64,000 nucleotides of DNA, taken from NCBI GenBank assembly GCA_048013815.1, contig CM106586.1:6324001-6388000 (forward strand). Direction: 5' to 3'. Both the position numbers and the translations under genes were made by a program. Positions within the stretch are counted from its first letter, which is position 1, and each line of letters opens with the position of its first letter. Positions 59,819 to 64,000 of this stretch are shown one piece after another. The notes under the pieces are model-generated. The model did no database searches. It was not told where the DNA came from and saw only the letters and a program-made list of their open reading frames with translations. The stretch comes from Setoptus koraiensis. Taxonomy: Eukaryota > Animalia > Arthropoda.

Positions 59819-62050
59819 TTATGCAATCACATACGATTCAAAGTTGAAAGTTAGAAAGTGACCAACTACCAACACCAAATCGGATGACACCACCGACGAC
59901 AATGACCTCTCTAGTTTAGGAATCACGCTTGCCGTTAGATCCAATCTGTTGACCGATCCGATACTCAGGTTCCAATTTCTTTTTATTTGCACCGCCAAAG
60001 AGATTTGTTTCTTTATGATTCTCGGGCTTACTGAAGTTTGCATTGAATTCAATTTTCGTTGTGATTCGCTCTGATTGAAAAAAATCAAATTTAGTTCTAC
60101 TTAGACTTGCTACCTCATATATAAATAAATAAATCAAAAAATTTCTAACTTGGTCTTGATACATGTTCTTGGTCCGTGGTAATTCTATGGAGGTGGCGTA
60201 AGTTTTCATCGACGAATCGTCGTGATTGCAGCATATTTGTACTACACCGGATCTTGTGTTAACACCGAGAAATTTAGCCACCAGACAGTCGTTGAAGCAG
60301 TCTTCAACGACGGAAATATATGTCAAAATATATGTCAGGATATCAAATGTAGGGACTATCTTTAAGTGCGTATCAACTGTTTTTTGTGCCCTCTGAAAAT
60401 TGATCGTGGCAAATCTGTCGCATTCATGACAACCCAAACTCGTTTTTACCTTGACTGAGATGGGTCTGAGGGCATGATTTTCTACTTTTTGACCCGTGTA
60501 CGAATAGAAAGGGGAGAAGATCAAGAACATTCGATTTGAATCATTGATCGTCCGCTCTTGAAAAATGCCAATCAAACTACATAGCAACCGAAGGAACCGA
60601 GTTAATTAACTCGGGTTTAACTCAGATTAGGTGCACTATGGCGAGAGTGCGGTATCAGTTTAACTTGTCGCTTGTCTTTCAGGTTAGCTGACGTTATATA
60701 TAATTTTACTCATTTGAGTCTGTCTAGCTACGTCAGGTTTATCACTTGAGTCTATGAGATTAGAGAAAAAAAAGAGAAATCATGGCGTCATGATAAACTT
60801 GTGAGTAGCCTATTGTACTATCTATCGTAAATTTATCTATTGTCACATGTTCGAACTTTGAAGCACTGATTGTCGTAATTAGTAGTAGTTTGATATGTAT
60901 CCGCTAGGGTTTCATTCTCTAGTTGACAGTAAATTCAATTTACTAAATTGTGAGTCTGTGCCGGTGAGTGAGCAGCAGTTTCGGTTACAAAAATGAGCGC
61001 CAAATGAGACGCGTCAGAATATATAACAACTCACCTCACTTTGCTTGATTCGTCGATGCCCCAAACAATCATCTGCAGAAGTTGCCTCATTGAAATGAGA
61101 GGACAATTAATCTACGTCGGTTAGTCAGATTTAGATGGATTTGCAGAAGCTCACTACTAAACTTTCAACATCAAAACATATGAGTATTGATATTTGTTGA
61201 TCATTTATACAATTGTCAAAGGAATGCAAACCAGTACTCCCGTACGATGCACAATTTAATGTAATGCCACAGCATTGCCCTATAATTGCCTCACGATCAT
61301 CTAAATCATAGATTTGTACCAACTCCTACACCATACTCCTATTTTATTTCAGAATTTCCCCTACTTTTCGCCTGGGATGTTTCGATTGATTCGTTGCATC
61401 CTAGCTCGCCCAATGATAATCCGTTCACTCACCAAACAATTGCCTGGGCACCGCACGACAACTGTTTCGCCCGCGCGAATTTCTCTTCTCATCTATGTAT
61501 TGTACATTGGAATCGTTTCCAATGATTTTCACACAAGGAAGACCTGTGAGTTGAGAAAATTCTCAATTACAAGAAAGCGGGCATATTTTAAAATATGTAT
61601 ATCACCAGCAGTGGTTTTGATCGCCGCCCACAACCACAGCCACAGTCATGATCAAAAAAATGTTTGTTTCTCATGAGTTCAACCTGATTCTCGTCTTTTT
61701 GAGTCTTCTGTTTCTGGTCAGCACAAAAATACCTTTCTGGCACACATCTAATTTCGAGATATCTAGCCTCAAGAATAAATTTATTGAGCGTATTCTCTGT
61801 TGTATTTTAGGCGAAGGGAGCGCACTAAATAGGAAATCGAAAATTGTTGCATAATTACACAAATAACAAACGCATGTCGGAGAATATTCGTATTTGTTAG
61901 ACCTCTTCTTGATCATCTAGATCAGGGTAGTCGAATCGTAATAAAGTTTTGTTGGAACCAGCGCCATCGAGAGAAGGGTTTACCTTGTCAGATATTCTCA
62001 ATTCAGGTCTTACTGCAGCACGCGGATGATAAATATATTTGATGCATCAG
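59819..62050 (-). CDS. Unresolved multi-exon Cys-rich, probably extracellular protein (PAN/apple-like?); may be a pseudogene
   Basis: Splice-bounded coding-like segments: LPCVKIIGNDSNVQ..., DDCLGHRRIKQSE (61072-61035), ...EDCFNDCLVAKFLG... and ...FFDHDCGCGCG.... I could not join them all in phase. Confidence 0.3.
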
Positions 62051-63492
62051 CTGTTTTTGAGCGCATAGCCACATAAAATTATAGTCGATAGTGCATTATA
62101 GTCGGCGACTATTAATCGCTCAACAGGCCTTTCAAAATTTCGTTTTTTGTCTCAACAGAGGTGAACAGAACCACCACATTTGGCATGTTTTGCAAAAATA
62201 TTATCTATTTACTTAATGCCATTTCATCTTATCACTATGTTAACGAACACTAATGATAGTAAAGAAAAAACACGGGAAAGATTATTGTTAGTCAACTATA
62301 GTTTATACAAGTCTGTACAAGATAAACATGTCATTTCGTGTCTCTCGACTCAAATGAATACAGTGTGAGTATAGTGCAATCAGTGTATTACAATCAGTGC
62401 AATGAGATATTCGTAAGGTTACATCGTCAAGAATAAGATGACTGGCCGTTGTTAATTGTTTCGTGACCGTGAATGCAATAGTACTGCTAATAACGCCGTT
62501 TAATTGTTGGTTTGGTTAACACGAGATGCGCGAAGTGTGCCAGTCAGTGACTGGCAGTCACTATCCCAAGTGCTTCAATGGGCAGTAGCTCTATGATGAA
62601 TCATCGTAATCACAAAGCAATAAACGAGCGATGGAATATTGTGATCTCAACTTGTGATAGAAAATTTGTAGTGAAACGGTTGAATGTGAATACATGTGCT
62701 ATTGCAATGACAAGTGAGATTCTATTGTGTTAACTCGCCAAATAAAAATTTATTTGTTAACCTTTTTTTTGATGATGACATAGGGCACGTTCCTCATTCT
62801 ACAAGTTCTGCATGCAAGTTGTAATCTGCAACACGATGCCACAGTGTAGCATGACTCATCGGCATTATGATTGTAAAAATCGACAAGCACAATAATACGA
62901 ATCCTATTTCACAGATCACCCAACCGATAGTACAAATAAGTTATAAACAAGTATTTATAAACTATATTATACATTGATTGTAACTGACCCACAACAACAA
63001 GTTAGTGTAGTATTCAGCAGAACATTTATACATTTGTACCAAAAATAAGTGTTAACATTGAAAACTCAAAATAATTCCAACTTTATCATAAAACAACGAG
63101 ATAACACGACAATATAGGGCATTTCATCATTATTAGCAACATCACTCGCTCGTCTGGTAGCTATACCTCAATGCTCTCATTCGTACAGTAGTTGTCAGTC
63201 GAACCAACAGGCGTACATCTCGATCTGATCATTTTATCTAAATCGTCAGCTCCAACATTATCCATCACAACTGAATGTCAATAACAAGCACATACTGGGT
63301 GGAAAATGACTTCTTATGTTCCGTGTGCATCTGCACAATAAAACAATACTTTTGCGATTTACCAGCAGAAAATCAGTTAGCCAAGATAGACAAATTACGC
63401 TCAGAAAATGCTCTGAGAGCCCTGTTAATTGTTAAAGCCACACATTTATCAATATTAACATAAAAATAATAAAATAGTAATAATATAAAAGA

Positions 63493-64000
63493 ATGAAAAT
63501 CAACGAAGAGCTAGAGCTATACCATCGTGACCGGCTTAGTCGAGGAGATCCTCTGCCAAGAGCTGAACTGAGGCCATATCAACAAGAATTGAGCGAGATA
63601 TCAATAAGAGAGAACACAATTATCTTCTTGGGTACAGGATGCGGAAAGACATTTATATCGGTTATGCTGATCAACAGTGCCGAAATCAGCCACCAGATTG
63701 TGCAAGAAAACAAAAGAATCATCTTTTTGGCCCCAACGCAAGACCTAACCAAACAGCAGGCCGAATATCTAACAAAGCACACGCGTTATAGATGTAAGGT
63801 TTATTGCGGGCGTTCATCTCGTGCCGGCCGCCATATTGACGTTTGGACAAGAGATATTTGGGAGGAAGAGTTAACCAGCATCGAGGCCGCCGTTATGACA
63901 GCTCAAATATTTGCCAATGCAATATCAACGAACATCCTTGATTGGGAAAGATTTGCTGTGGTTATATTTGATGAGGGACATCACATCGCGCCCACGAAGA
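63493..64000 (+). CDS. Dcr: Dicer-family RNase III, N-terminal DExD/H helicase (5' partial, runs off the window)
   Basis: Frame from ATG 63493 reads ELRPYQQEL...ENTIIFLGTGCGKTFISVMLI...IIFLAPTQDLTKQQ...VMTAQIF...VVIFDEGHH, typical of Dicer helicase motifs Q, I, Ia and II. Absent from the ORF track because no stop falls in the window. Confidence 0.8.
   Translation, partial: MKINEELELYHRDRLSRGDPLPRAELRPYQQELSEISIRENTIIFLGTGCGKTFISVMLINSAEISHQIVQENKRIIFLAPTQDLTKQQAEYLTKHTRYRCKVYCGRSSRAGRHIDVWTRDIWEEELTSIEAAVMTAQIFANAISTNILDWERFAVVIFDEGHHIAPTK

Noticed and set aside
60597-60614. 18-bp palindrome CCGAGTTAATTAACTCGG (also overlapping dyads at 62539-62561)
   Set aside because: Short and isolated; no transposon-end or RNA-gene context.
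1-64000. tRNA, rRNA, snRNA and conserved miRNA genes
   Set aside because: No T-loop/B-box cloverleaf or remembered mature miRNA sequence was found by eye; tRNAscan-SE and Infernal are needed to exclude them.

Overview
Eukaryotic genomic DNA from a compact, intron-poor arthropod genome. An acariform, possibly eriophyoid, mite is my inference from the short introns, CAA/CA-rich spacers and protein similarity. About 1-18.7 kb and 36-46.5 kb are low-complexity, mostly non-coding DNA with tandem micro-repeats and a few orphan exons. Recognisable genes, in order: PP2A B56 regulatory subunit (wdb-like, -), intronless ASAP-type ArfGAP (+), NDUFB2 (+), SEC63 (-), sulfite oxidase (-), a small secreted His-rich peptide (-), a Ctr copper transporter (-), an APIP/MtnB pseudogene fragment (-), patched (+), intronless MOF/KAT8 (+), a cadherin-like type I membrane protein (-), an 8-finger C2H2 protein (+), and the 5' end of a Dicer (+) that runs off the window. 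The main unexplained signals are five. (i) Several local DNA-level gene-fragment duplications, two with internal deletions; one brackets NDUFB2 and appears to supply its 3' UTR. (ii) A GA/CT-rich foldback element. (iii) A near-perfect 60-bp hairpin. (iv) A Patched lacking two of the three acidic TM4/TM10 residues. (v) Two convergent genes whose stop codons are 4 bp apart. All identifications come from reading the sequence by eye; no searches were run.
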